From positions 292,268,001 through 292,332,000 of the forward strand of contig OZ024740.1 of the NCBI GenBank assembly GCA_964016885.1: DNA of 64,000 nucleotides, in the 5' to 3' direction. Shown piece after piece: positions 12,846 to 26,035 of this stretch. The notes below the pieces were generated by a model that was given only the letters and a program-made list of their open reading frames with translations, did not search any database and had not been told where the DNA came from. Position numbers and translations under genes: made by a program. How positions within the stretch are numbered: the first letter of the stretch is position 1; every line of letters starts with the position of its first letter. Source of the DNA: Eledone cirrhosa (taxonomy: Eukaryota).

Positions 12846-15114
12846 TATATATATATATATATATATATACTCTTACGGTTAACTTTGTTGCAATTCGATT
12901 CAAGCACTCAACGTACTTTTTCACATAGGAGTGATGGAGTATATTTAGAATAAAATGCAAAGTAGTTTTGAATGTTAAAGTCCTTTAATGATAATGCTGT
13001 GATACATATTTCAATGACGACAGTGGTGGCCCTCTTCAGTGTACCCAGTGCCGTGACATCTTCAGACAGCTTGAATTCTTTTAAAGAATTCCTTTTTCTT
13101 TAAATCCATCAACCAATGGCCTCCACCCATCCCAATCACCACCAGAAAAGGTATAAATACCACCACATTACTTGGACAGTTAGCTTCCTGATGATTTCTC
13201 CGGAATGAAACTTCTATTCCTGTAGAAGCCATTTCTATATTAAATATGTATATATATATACATACATATATATATATTATTAATTGGTTTGTCATGTAAT
13301 TTGGAAATCAATGAAAATAATGGATTTTAAAATTTCAATTTTGAGTAGTTAATGGAATATAAAAATATTTTCACTCGGTTAAATGTTTGTTTTGTTCATT
13401 TTCTGTACAAATTTGGCTGTAATTATAAAATGGTTAGATTCTATGATATACTAAATTGTTTAGACCAGTTGTCTTGAAGTGAAAGAAAAGACAAATTTAA
13501 TGTGAAATAGATAAAATCATTTTTGGTCACCACTTAAGCAAGTCCTGGAATTAAAATGCAAACAAGTCTTTAATTTATATGTGTATATATATCGTATTTA
13601 TATTGTATTCTTCATTCAAATTCAATTCCATTGTTTTAGAGAAATATATAAGTTTTATATATATAGATTCATAATATTTCATTTCATTTGGGAGTTGAGA
13701 GAACTATCATCAGAAAAATGTACGATTGTATTCTTACTTTGTATTTCTTTTACTTTTTCTACTCTGTTAATGACTTCCTTCATTGGATTTCAACTATTGA
13801 TTATCATTGCTGTTTGTATTGTCTAGGTGTGGATAGCTGTAGTTTTAATATTCAGATTCTGGGCCATAAAATATAGATGTGTTACCAGAAATATTTATAT
13901 TGATGGAGACAGACGGAGAATTGTGAGTCGCATATTTTAATCAAAAGAGTTGGTTGGTTGATTTGTTGTTGTTATTAGACCTATGAATAAAAATATTCCA
14001 ACCATGAAGATACACTTCATTTGTATATATTTGCGACTACATTGTTGAATATCTATTTCATTTTTTAAGATAGTAGGGTCTAATTGGAGGTAGATTTGGC
14101 TGCTATTTCTAGCAGGTAGAGCAGCTGTGTTGAAGCTCCGTCCTTGGGTGGAAAACCATATTGATAGTAATTGAAAGTGAGCAGTATTGGTATTGAAGGT
14201 GATAATAGATCAATCTTTTATCTTTTATTGTATGTGTATGAGGCGGCGAATTGGCAAAATTGTTAGAATGTCACAGAATACTCTGCAGTATTTGTTCCAG
14301 CTCTCTGCTTTCTGAGTTCAAATCTCACTGAGATCAATTTTGCTTTTTGTCCTAGTCTAGTACTGTGGTTGAGTCTTCTTCTCTCTCTCTCACTCTTTCT
14401 ATCCTTCTCTGGTAGAAATCTGTTGTATTCAGACCTGGAGAAAAGATGGGCTCCACCGGTTTTAAAAATGCTCAAGATGCTGTATATCATTACAACGTCT
14501 CAACTACTCCCTGGGGAGTAAAGGGACCATACATGCATGTAGGTGTATGCTTGAAAAGTAAAGCTAAGTTAGACGAGAATTAGCTTTATATTTGATATTT
14601 TGTTTACATCGATGACAAGATTTGGTTAGAAATTAATATTTTTATTGTAACATACATTATCATTGTTTTAATGCTTGCTTTTTCAAGCTGGCATGAACCA
14701 GACGGAATTTTGTATCAAAAGGGTTAATGAATTGCAGTGAGAAAATGAATTTATTTGCTCTTCAATAATTGATGTATCTATAATCAAGTAACCTTTTTGA
14801 AAATACTCTTGGGTATCGAATGACCCCTCCCATTATTAAATTTTGTTAATCTATTTCCGGCGAAATTTTATTTTAAGTGGTAGCATTCCTGCAACAAAAA
14901 CATTATACATGACAAAAAAAGAACATTACAAGAAATTCCATATGTTATAAAATAAATAGGATGGGTTGGGATCTCAATATGTAAACTAAACAACTACTAA
15001 TTCTGGTTTTTAAAAGAAAAAACTGAGTCAACTCAGAAAAATTACTGATTTTCCAACTCCCACTTATTTCACACACCCCTGCTTATTGCACCCCCTCTAT
15101 TTGGGACCCAGAAT

Positions 15115-15655
15115 AGTTAAGCAGTTAGTCAAATTTAGTAGTGAACTTACTGGGTTTTTTTCTCCCTTTTGGGCAATTTGCTTTACTTACATTGTTTTCC
15201 TTGTTAGAAGGGATAACTGAACAAAGAAATATTGGCCAAAATCTTTTTTTTCTATCGATTAGTCAGGAGGAAGGACAGTACCCATCACCCTTTTCAGTGC
15301 CTCTAAAACTGGTGGGAGAGAAGGAGGAAGATATCATTAAAATGGAGACCCAGTGCAAAGCTTGTATAGAGTAGACCCAAGGGCCAGGCAATGATGTTAA
15401 ACTGGGTGATGAATTAAGTCTACCACACAAGTAAAACATGACAGAACTTGAACTCAGAACACACAGAGTTAGGTGAAATACCAGATGGGTACTGTCCTTC
15501 CTCCTGACTAATCGATAGAAAAAAAAGATTTTGGCCAATATTTCTTTGTTCAGTTATCCCTTCTAACAAGGAAAACAATGTAAGTAAAGCAAATTGCCCA
15601 AAAGGGAGAAAAAAACCCAGTAAGTTCACTACTAAATTTGACTAACTGCTTAACT
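15115..15655. repeat. Perfect 172-bp inverted repeat with 197-bp spacer
   Basis: Arms 15115-15286 and 15484-15655 are reverse complements by eye. ORFs 15141(+) and 15629(-) give the same first 49 aa. Confidence 0.95.
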
Positions 15656-16559
15656 CTTTAACATTTCCACTAGTCTACCATTCTAGATTTTTACTCCATC
15701 AACCTTGTAAGGAGAAAATACAAAGTTGACTGTGGGCAGAATCTAAACTCAGAATGCAAGGAGCCGAAAGAAATAGTGGAAGTTATTTTGTCCAGTGCTT
15801 CTACCAATGCTACTTGCTGAATTGAAATAAGACGAGGGAGCTTTCAAAGCCTCTGGCTGGTGGTAGAGAAGGAAGAGAAGTTATTCTTAGACTTGAATAC
15901 CTTCAGCTTAATGGTTAGAGTGTTAAATGAGGCACAATAATATAAATACAATGTCTGTAATATTGGAGAAAGATTGTTTACTGATTGCAGTAAAACAACA
16001 AAACAATAAAACTTAATTTTCAACATGAATTAATTGCAAAGTATCGGGGTAAGAATTTGAAAGTGGAGGTGTCACAACAAAAAGTGTCCAGTACACTGTA
16101 GAGTGGTCATGTTGGTGTCACAACAAAAAGCACCCAGTACGCACTGTAAAGTGGTCGTATAGGTGACATGACAAAAAGATCCTTAAAAAACGGAAAAAGA
16201 AGTTGCCATTGGCCACTTTAAGTAAATGAACCCCATATCTTCAAGATTCCTCAAAGCAGCTGATGACAACTTTTTCTGTCTTTTAAGAGTTTTCACCTTA
16301 TTTTATAAGCTATCTTTATAGCATTTCTGTACATGAGTACATCATTCTTTATACTTTATATATATATATATATATATCATTATCATCATCATCGTTTAAC
16401 GTCTATCTTCCACGCTAGCATGGGTTTTATATATATATATATGAATATTAATAATTATCTCTTTGAAGAATTAAGAGAACTACCTGTTGTGAAATGTTAA
16501 GATGTAAAGAATAAAACAATATTGGTAAAGCATCTTCTTTATCCTTCTCTGTCTTTTAG

Positions 16560-16731
16560 GATCGTGATTGGCTGGAAGGTGCACTCAATAGTTTGACTGA
16601 GAGTCCCATTAGACGTATGAAAGAATGCATTCGTATTCTAAAATCTCCAAATAGGGATAATGAAGATGATGATAAAGAGGCCGCTCTAGAAGAATTGCTG
16701 GAATGGTGTGAATACATAGATTTTGCCATTG
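16560..16731 (+). CDS. HSPBP1: Hsp70-binding protein 1 (HSPBP1/Fes1) coding exon, first one visible
   Basis: Acceptor tcttttag|GAT and donor G|gtaagt. Encodes DRDWLEGALNSLTESPIRRMKECIRILK..KEAALEELLEWCEYIDFAI, typical of the Fes1 domain. Confidence 0.88.
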
Positions 16732-18214
16732 GTAAGTGATATTTGATTCATTTTTCTCGTACTAACAATTCTTTTTGTTGGTAAGGTAATTTATCTTGCA
16801 TGGGTTAGACAGGTTGTCATGTCTTGAGGCTAGACAGTTCAAATGACTATTTCATAGAAATAAGAATATTTATAAAACATGGAGTTTCCATGGATCCATT
16901 CTTGTTACTATCATTGTTATGTAGCCAAGAGTTGTCGCTCTCATCAAGCAAAGCCATAGTCAAAGACATTCCAAACATGATAATCTGGTTTTTGTTTTCA
17001 GTGGTGTCTAAATCTGACTTAATTATCTAATGTCCTGCCCTTTTTTAAGATGGTAGGATGTGATTTGAGGGTGATTTGGCTAATATTTCTGGCAGGCCAA
17101 GTGACTGTAGAGGTTTCCCCTCGTTAGTTCAATTGCTATTGCATTTGTTCTTGTTTATTATAACTAAGAAGGAAGGGTGGTATCTATGACATTTTTTGTA
17201 GGGTTTGAGAATTGGAGGGGGGGGGGGATGTGAACCACACCACATAAGTTATCTTCAAACAGAGACCTTGTTTGAGTGATTGCAACAGAGTGGACTCTGT
17301 TAAAAATGCACAAGAGAAAAGTTGTGGTGGTGTTAAACTGGGCAACAAATTAAGGTTACCACTCAAAAACAGGTGCAAATACAGTCCATCCAATGGGCTT
17401 CTGCACACTTTCTGTTTACTCTGTTTCACTCACAAGGTTTAGGTTGACTTGTGAGAAGATACTTTCTCTAAGTGCAGATCAGTAAGATCACCTGTGTGAT
17501 CGTGAAGCAAATTTTGTAACCAGAATGTCATGTTCCCTTAATAATCTATTTGCTACATTCGTAAAAAACATGTAAAAATGATTATAATAATAATTCTGTG
17601 ATTAGGAAAAGGAATTCAGTTTCAAAATAATTCTAAATTTGAAGTACTACATACTCTATATTTCTATAAAGTTACTAATTAAAACTTTACTACTTTAGTG
17701 TAACTTATAGTTAGTTATCTTGTAGATGATTCATTAATCAGTTGATTCATTAATCTAATGAAGGAGTCGTTATGTGGTCATGTAATCTGCTTGAAATAGC
17801 AATCAAATCTCCTGTATCACAAAGGTGTCAGAAGACTCCTTGATACTACTCCTTTTTAACTGTTTGTCCTTCTGGTTCATATTTGTGATGCACTATGTCT
17901 TGGTAATTGGAAAAAAAAAAGCAGAGTGTCACCTTGATTTTGTTCTGCACCTGACATAATTTCTTGTTGGATCCTTCCACTGTGGTGACTGAGCTTTGGT
18001 TTCTGGGTCATACCTACACACCCATGTCTAACCTTTGGTTATCACAGTATTCAGTAACTCAGGATCCTTTCTGGCAGTTTCAGACAGAATGAAAATTTAC
18101 TGAGTAGGTGGTACAGTACTTCATATGCTGGCTGCCTGACAGTGACATGCATCCAGCAGGCCATTGAAAAACTACTTATGTCTGTGAATGTATGGTGTTA
18201 CACACTGCACCCTT

Positions 18215-18394
18215 TTGGCAGTATCGGTGGAGGGTCGGACGCCATGCTTTCCAGCATAGTTACGTCCCTTTACGATCTGAGTTCAAATCCCGCCGAGGTT
18301 GACTTTGCCTTTCATCCTTACGGGGTCAATAAAATAAAGTACCAGTAATGTACTGGGTAATTGCTGGCCTTGTGCCTAAAGTAGAAACAATTAT
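18215..18394 (+). mobile_element. SINE family B (tRNA-like head, GCCTTTCATCC..GGGGTCGATAAA core, ATT tail)
   Basis: Many near-identical copies in the window; B-box GAGTTCAAATCC. Confidence 0.85.
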
Positions 18395-19409
18395 GACTTC
18401 CCACAGTTCATATTAAAAAAGTTATTAGAAGTGACATTGTTAGTCTCAATCATTTGTTTCTTCTCTTGTATGTTTAATCAGGAGAATTAGTAGTCAGCCA
18501 AAATCCTTTGTGATAGTGAGTTATATTTCTTTACATTCAGAGTTCAAATTCCACCAATGATATTTTCAGGAATCACATTTAAGAATCCCTTTAAAGTTTT
18601 TCTTAAATATTACATTTAATATTCATTAACTGAAAGAAAACTTGCCAAACAAAGGGCCAGGAGGACCCTTAAGTCGTGACAAGGCACTCCAGTCTTCCTA
18701 GTGTTGGGAATCTACACGATAAATGACCCAGTACACACTGGAAAGTGGTTGGAGATAGGAAGGGCATCTAGCTGTTGAAAGCTTGCCAAACAAAGGGTTG
18801 AGAGGACTCTCAGTTGTGTCAAAGACATGACAACTTCCCCTCTGCATATTCGTACATTTCTGGCCTGCCAGAGAGATCAGTAGCCACCACTTCAGTACTG
18901 ACTTGATCTATGTAGACTTGTCCAACCCTTGTCAACAAGGAATGACGATGATAATGTACCTTTTTTTATCCTCTAAGAGTATATTTTGATTAGCAGAATT
19001 GATAGAGCCATAGAGAAAATTTATTTCAATAATTAGCTATGATATTTTACTTTTTTAATTCAAATTTCACAGGGTAACACTAAAATGAAATACCAGTCAT
19101 GTACAAGGGATCAATATCAGCTGTTCTCTTCCCCAACCAAATATATTTTTTACAATTAACTTATTTGAAGGATTATGACCCAGTACAGGAGATATGATAA
19201 CATGTTCTCAGTACATTCTGTAATGTGGTTGGTGTTAAAAAGGGCATCCAGCTGTAGAAGCCAAGCTCAAAACGGAGTGTACAAGCAAAGCAGGGTCAGC
19301 TGACCTGTCTACCTCTGTACGTGGCAATATGTTTAACTCGTACAAGCATGGAAAATAGACGTTAAATGATGATGATTGCATATTTTTGCTTTTTTTTTTT
19401 TTATTGTAG

Positions 19410-19631
19410 ATTTCTTCAAAATTGGAGGGTTTGATATCCTGCCCAGTCTTCTTCATGATCCCAATTCAGAGCTACGTTGGAGGACCCTTGACCTTATTGC
19501 AGCCCTTGTTCAAAATAACCCATTCTGTCAGAAGGCAGTATTAGATTCTGAGTTACTCAACACAATGATGGATGTACTGGATAATGATTCTACTACCAGT
19601 GTCCGTATCAAGGCATTGTATGCTATTTCAT
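19410..19631 (+). CDS. HSPBP1: HSPBP1 coding exon (armadillo-like repeats)
   Basis: ttattgtag|AT ... T|gtaagt, phase 1-1. Encodes DFFKIGGFDILPSLLHDPNSELRWRTLDLIAALVQNNPFCQ..VRIKALYAIS. Confidence 0.95.
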
Positions 19632-20979
19632 GTAAGTCCTGTTCCTTCCTTTTCTTTTCTCTTTCTTTCCTGTTTTTGCTCTTTCCTTCATTTTTTTCTT
19701 TTGTTTTCTCTTCCTTTCATTCTTTCTTTTGCTTCTTCCGTTTTCTCTCTTTCCTTCTTTTACTCTTTCTTTCATTATTTCTTTCGTTAGATGGTAGTGA
19801 GATGGAAGCAGTGAATGCTGAGAGAAGGTATAGACAAGAAAGAAGTGAATTGACCAAACTCTGTTGAATGTGTTATGTTAGTTTGAATGGGAAAGTACAG
19901 ATGAGCTACGAGAAAACCTCTTGTAGTGTGCAGGAGAGAGCAGATTGGTTCAAATACGTAATGTGTATGGATGATGGTCATTGAGTGAAATACCAGGTGT
20001 TATATGTAGAAGCCATGGAAGAAGATGACCAAGGAGTATTTAGGTTGAGGTGGGCAAAGCTGATCTTGGGATGCTGAGCCTCACAAAGGAGATGACAAAC
20101 AAAATAGACTAGTTGAGGGATGCAGTACTGGAGAGGACACATCTGACCTCTGTAATTATGGAAACGGTGTAAAAATGATGATGATATTAATGTATCATGA
20201 AAAATAACCTTTTCGTGACTGTATTCCCAATGAAATAAACTCTATTTCAATTATTTAATGAAGAATTTCAAGGAATTTACTAAATTATCAATTATTTTGT
20301 TACTATGAGACCAAATTTACCAACCATGACCGTGTCTAAGACCCCACATCCAAACAGCCAAAAAGCAATGGGTGTCGTAATTGGATCTGCACAACACATG
20401 CCAGAACAACCCATCCACTCCATCAATGGAAAATGAAAGACAGCCCAGTATATGACACTACTGCATGTTGTTCAGGATTGCCCCCTCAGACATTTTTCTG
20501 GAGGCAATCCATAATGATGCAAATGACACCATGGTCTGGCTCATCAGTTTTGACCAGCCTCTTTAACTATTGTGCATATGTCATACAAAATGAATTTTAT
20601 TACTAAGATAGTAACAAGTATTTTAAGGCCATCTTCCTTGCTAAAACTGAGGTTGGCTAGCGTGGAAAAATGGATGTTGAACGGTGATGATGATGATGTC
20701 TGCATTCCTTCTACCACCAACTTATATTTTCTCCATTATCTTTAGCCATATCTTTCTTAGACTTCCTCTACTTCCTTCTCACCCAGTCACTTTCATCACT
20801 CCTCTACACATAGCAATCGTATATAAAATTATGTTTGAAAATTTTAATTCAAATAGGTTTTCTTTAAAATAGGTGATCTTGTTTCATAGAATCAGAGCCG
20901 GTTTTGGCCGGGTTTGTATTATGAGTTAAATAACAAACGTTTTGCTATTGAAAGATTCTTTTCTCTCCTGTTGCAATAG

Positions 20980-21135
20980 GTTTGTGCCGTGAAGAACCAA
21001 CAGCACAAGATAATTTTATCAAAAGAGATGGATTTTCTTATTTGATGAGAGCTATGCAAGCTGATGTTGAAAAACTCAAAATAAAATCTGCTTTCTTGTT
21101 GCGGAATATTGTTAACGAAAAACCAGCAGTGAAAG
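20980..21135 (+). CDS. HSPBP1: HSPBP1 coding exon
   Basis: caatag|GT ... G|gtaagt, phase 1-1. Encodes CLCREEPTAQDNFIKRDGFSYLMRAMQADVEKLKIKSAFLLRNI. Confidence 0.95.
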
Positions 21136-21352
21136 GTAAGTTTTATGAGTTAGTATATTTCACTTCCAGAAGAAATTCATTGTTGGATTAAGAATGGTTC
21201 AAACTCCAATCTCATTTACATAAACAAATAACGTTAGTATTATATTTTATATTCATAATTGTAATAAATTGCCTTTAATGTTTGCTTTTTACATACAGCC
21301 AGGTATAATTGGATATGATCCTGGCACATTCTCATTTCTAGTGTAAAGTGGA

Positions 21353-21535
21353 TTGGCAGTATTGGTAGAGGGTCGGACGCTATGCTTTGGAGCATAGAGT
21401 TACGGCACTTTATGATCTGAGTTCAAATCCCACCAAGGTTAACTTTGCCTTTCATCCTTACGGGGTCGATAAAATAAAGTACCAGTAATGCACTGTGATA
21501 ATTGCTGACCTTGTGCCAAAAGAAGAAACAATTAT
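21353..21535 (+). mobile_element. SINE family B copy
   Basis: Matches 18215-18394. Confidence 0.85.
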
Positions 21536-22010
21536 TTCTAGTGTAAAGAATATATCACTTATATTTCTTCCTCTTTCAAGGAAGAGAAAGTTTCTGAATA
21601 TTTTCCAACTTTTGACACTATAGAGCATTTTAAAATATTCTAGATCTAAATCTTGCTGAGTTGATAATTTAAAAGTCAGCATTATTGATACCTAACTATT
21701 GCTTTCCATAATAGGATATTGTATTTTAGGTTTGACTTGGTTTATTCCGGAGTTAGTTCCCTTGGATTATTTAAAATCAAACTAGCTCTAGTTTTTAGAA
21801 ATCAATAATTATTACTACAGAAAACATTTCTAGATTCTAACAAAGTATATATTTTTTATTGTATGAGAAAAAAATATTTAAAAAAAGGTGAAATTTTAAT
21901 TTTATGAGTCAGTTTCATCTGTTGAAACAAGTGATATGTAACTAATACCATAGCTTTCGGAGCCTATGTTTTCTTGTATTCAATTAATATAAAGAAAAAA
22001 ATTTTGTTAA

Positions 22011-22222
22011 CTCTTAACATCCTGTTATGATTTAGTAGAACATATTTAAAGATGGGTTTGTTGGTTCAACTCTTTATAATATTTTTTACTAATGGCCAGA
22101 TCGTTATGAAAATTTGCAATATTAGAGTTAAGACTTCAATTTGTAATGTAACACAGTCATATTGCTGTACTTTTGAAAACTACCTTCCTAATGCAGTTTC
22201 ATGTGGTACAGGATGTTAAGAG
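22011..22222. mobile_element. TTAA-flanked MITE (piggyBac-like)
   Basis: TIR CTCTTAACATCCTGT / ACAGGATGTTAAGAG with TTAA on both sides. A degenerate paralog lies at ~37712-37905. Confidence 0.75.
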
Positions 22223-22273
22223 TTAACAGACAAGGTATAATTTGAAATGTAACCAATTCTACATTATTTACAG

Positions 22274-22482
22274 AAACTCTGTGTGATATGGGTATGTTGG
22301 AACAACTGATTGGACATCTGCGTGAAGACCACTCTCTTTTCCATGAACATCTTATGGCATGTTTGTTAACAATTCTTACTGATCATCCACGTTCACTTGA
22401 AGATTGCAAACAACCACAGCTGGAATTTGCTGAAATACTAAAAGAAAAGCTTAAATCACTACATGGAAGAGATGAATTTAGA
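22274..22482 (+). CDS. HSPBP1: HSPBP1 coding exon
   Basis: tttacag|AA ... AGA|gtgagt, phase 1-0. Encodes ETLCDMGMLEQLIGHLREDHSLFHEHLMACLL..HGRDEFR. Confidence 0.94.
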
Positions 22483-24407
22483 GTGAGTAGACACCTGTCT
22501 GTACTCTATCAGTTGCAGTTTTATCAAGTTTTATGACTTGTATAGTAGAAATAACCATCACCATCATTTTTGTTTGGTTGTTCTTCAAAACTTGCATGGA
22601 TTGAGGTTGATGTAAATCCATGATATCAAACTTTAACTGTTCAATTAGATATATTGTTAAAAGTGGCTGAATCATAAATGCAGAATATGAACTTCTAGAT
22701 ATGTTTAATTTGTCTCAGGAAATTGTTTTTGTTACCAATAAATGATGTGGAATTTTACTTTGGTCATCAGTACAGAAAATGTTAAGAAATTCTCAAAAGA
22801 TATTTTGTTGCTTCATTTAATCTATTATTGATTGCAACTAAATGAATTGGGTCTCGATACATAAAATTGTCTTTTAAGTGGCTGGCACGTGGATTATGTA
22901 AATTATATTGATAGTAGCATGCAGCCTTAGACTGTGTATTTAACTCTACTAAGAGCAGTTGTTTATATCAAAGTCTGCTATAATTGAGTAGACCTATGAT
23001 CAAAAGAGCACTCTCCCCCTTCATTCTGGATTTATATTTAAACATAGTGTATCTAGGAGTACATTATCTAATGGGTGCCTTTTTAAAAGATAGCAGCATG
23101 GAAATTTGGGAAGTTTGTAAAGATTAGTGATGTTAGTTACAGGTTTTAAGTTGGCCACTCACTGGTTGTATACATTTATAATGGCTAAAGGGATAAAGAA
23201 GCAATAGTATAGCAGAGATGGAGCAAATAATACCACAAGATAATTTTAATTAAAAGCACCAATTTATGAGTCTTGTTGATATACATCTTTTGCAAATGGC
23301 ATAAAATGATGGGGTGATGTCTTTCTCTCTCTCTTACATGTATGATATATGGTGGATCTCTGCACTGTTTTTTACCTACTATGTAAGGCATTGGTCAACC
23401 CAATGTTATGGTGGAAGGTGCTGCATAGTTGGATCAAACCCAGAACCATGATATGAAGCAAGTTTCTAAATTGCACCAAATCACACAGCCATGCCTGTAC
23501 TCAAACATCTGTGTCTACTGTTATTCCTAGCATGGTGCTAATTACATAGTAACTTCTGTTAATGATCCTTCCATCTGGCAAAGCCATACAAGTTAAATTC
23601 TAGCATTTTATTAGCTACCATAGCGATTTATACTTCTTGTATTTAGTGCTACATTAACCAAGATTTATGAAGTTAATGATAGAACATTGTTACTCAGAAT
23701 TTCAGTTATTTATCTCGAGTTTATATTCTCTGTACTAACTACAAAAAATAAAATAAAATAAAAATTGTTTCTTTGATTAGATTAGTTTTCTTGATCTAAT
23801 TACCATAAGTTGTATATTTTCTTTGTTCTTCACATTTTTCTCATATATTTTGGGTTCATTCTTTATAAATATATATATATATATATATAATATCCGCATG
23901 TGGTTGACAGCTGAGAGAAAGGAGTATTCATTACCGAAGTAGAGTTTTAATATTCATTTTATTAAGGCTGAATAATGAGTCTTGTTATTCTATTTAGCTT
24001 TAATAAAATGAATATATATATATAACCAAGAGTAAATAACTTTAGCATTATGCACTTTAAAAAGACGGGCTAATTAGAAATAAATCAATTGGTCCACTCC
24101 TATTTGACTTAAATGTCTCTAGGTACATAGCCTAAAACTTTTTATCTCTTATTATCCTCTATTTCCAAAGCAGACATCTGCTGAAAATAGCTATATCTTC
24201 TTTACATTGCATTCCACTGACTTAGAAAGGATACATTAGATAATGGGCTCTTGAATTCCTTGCACATAAAAGACAAGAGATAGTTTTAGCTGGAACACCT
24301 TTGGTCATAAGGTCTGCTTTATTAAGGCTGATCTGTTTCTAAACGACAATTGGCCAGCTTTAATATTATATGTGCCTTATGTACATTTTACTGTGCTACT
24401 GTGATGT

Positions 24408-24700
24408 GTGGCTTAGTGGTTAGAGCATTGAGCTCACAATTGTAAGGTTGTGAGTTTGAATCCCAGACTGGGCAGTGTGTTGAGTTCTAGAGCAAAACAC
24501 TTTATTTCATGTTGCTCCAGTTCACTCAGTTGAATAAATGAGTTGCAGAGTCACTGGTGCTAAGCTGTATTGGCCATTGCCTTTCCCTTGGACAACATTG
24601 CTGGAGAGGGAAGATTGACTGCTGGTCTTCCACAAACGACCTTGGCCAGGCTGGTGCCTTGGAGAGGAACTTTCCAGATGCAAAACCAATGACCGAAGCT
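24408..24700 (+). mobile_element. tRNA-derived SINE (family A head, different 3' body)
   Basis: TGGCTTAGTGGTTAGAGC head. The body is shared with 28795-29135. Confidence 0.75.
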
Positions 24701-25014
24701 GCCTATATGTACCGGAGAGATTTTTTCATGTGAGGAGCCCTAAAGAATCCCTTCTGAATAAAAATTAATATAGTTTTTATTTCAAGTTATGGACAGCTAA
24801 CCTACAATGTGGCTTGTGGAGTTCAGATCTTACCTGTGTATGTATATATACTATATTTTTGGTGTGTTCTATGGATGGATTCACTTCCTATTACTGACCA
24901 CTTTACAGAATTTACTGTGTTAATTTCATCATACGTATGTATGTGTACATATACAGAATTATTTTGTCCAGGTGCCATACAATGTCTGTTTTTAAGATAT
25001 AGTTGCTTATTTAA

Positions 25015-25158
25015 CCCTTTAGCATTGTAACCGGCCGCTCATACTGACATTAAGGTATTGTTCTCAAAATAAATATCAAAATCTCATAGATTTGATATTA
25101 TGTGAGATAAAGCCTTTACCATGAAAATATAATCTATATATATAAAACTGAGGATGTC

Positions 25159-25190
<32 letters not shown>

Positions 25191-25661
25191 AGTTTGAATC
25201 CCTAAAACTAGAGAAGTACCCAACCGATTTTTGTTCAAACTTTACATGTGTATTACTTATGTTTTAGGGAGTGTTATGCACATAAAAAATTCAACTTTTT
25301 GATTCCCTAGGTGAAAAATTGCGTTTTTTCAGCTTTTTAGAGGTTTTTTTAGGCGTTGCGTCTAGTCGATTTTCCCGAAATTTCAAGGCATATTATGCAC
25401 ATTAAAATAAAAAAAATCATTTTCTTGATTCCCCAGGGCCCGCATTAGGTGAAAACCTGCATTTTTCCTGCTTCATCAGGGAAAATCTTAAAGATTATCC
25501 AGCCATCAGAGTATTCAGTTTATTTTCTTTACATATTGTCCAGGCATGCAGATTTTCCATGATTAGGTCTGTTGGCAGCCCACGTTCCAAAATACCTTAT
25601 CCCGTGCAACGCCGGTTACCACTGCTAGTAGTATATATAAAATAATGTAAATGCTAAAGGG
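25015..25661. mobile_element. TTAA-flanked piggyBac-like MITE carrying a nested Helitron
   Basis: TTAA|CCCTTTAGCATT ... AATGCTAAAGGG|TTAA. An uninterrupted paralog lies at 38815-39011. Confidence 0.85.
25133..25628 (+). mobile_element. Non-autonomous Helitron
   Basis: 5' TCTATATATATAAAA, subterminal GC-rich CCCGTGCAACGCCGG and 3' CTAG. Inserted between A and T with no TSD, as shown by the empty site at ~38979. Confidence 0.9.
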
Positions 25662-25702
25662 TTAACAGTTCTTTTAATATTTGAATATCTATTTTATTGC
25701 AG

Positions 25703-25801
25703 GAAGAGCTTCAATACACAAAAAATATATTGCAGATGTTAGGTTCAAGTGGCACTAACAGCAGCAGCCCTGTTGGATGTGCATCAAGTGCAGGAAGGTA
25801 A
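25703..25801 (+). CDS. HSPBP1: HSPBP1 terminal coding exon
   Basis: ttattgcag|GAA, phase 0. Encodes EELQYTKNILQMLGSSGTNSSSPVGCASSAGR*. The five joined exons give 858 nt in one open frame (285 aa plus stop). Confidence 0.85.
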   Translation, partial: EELQYTKNILQMLGSSGTNSSSPVGCASSAGR

Positions 25802-25815
25802 TCTGGCAGTGTACT

Positions 25816-25816
<1 letters not shown>

Positions 25817-25861
<45 letters not shown>

Positions 25862-26035
25862 GTAGAGTTATATGTATATATGTACATATCTATATGTGTA
25901 TATTGTGTATGTATATGCATATATATATTTACATATATATGTATGTACAGGTGTACATATATGTATATATGTGTATGGGCATATATATTTATATGGGCAT
26001 ATGTGTATGTATATATATATATATATATATACATA
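25817..26035. repeat. (TG)n/(TA)n compound microsatellite at the start of the HSPBP1 3' UTR
   Basis: Directly visible. Confidence 0.9.

Noticed and set aside
15141-15629. Two ORFs with identical N-termini on opposite strands
   Set aside because: A consequence of the inverted repeat; they start at GTG and show no protein features.
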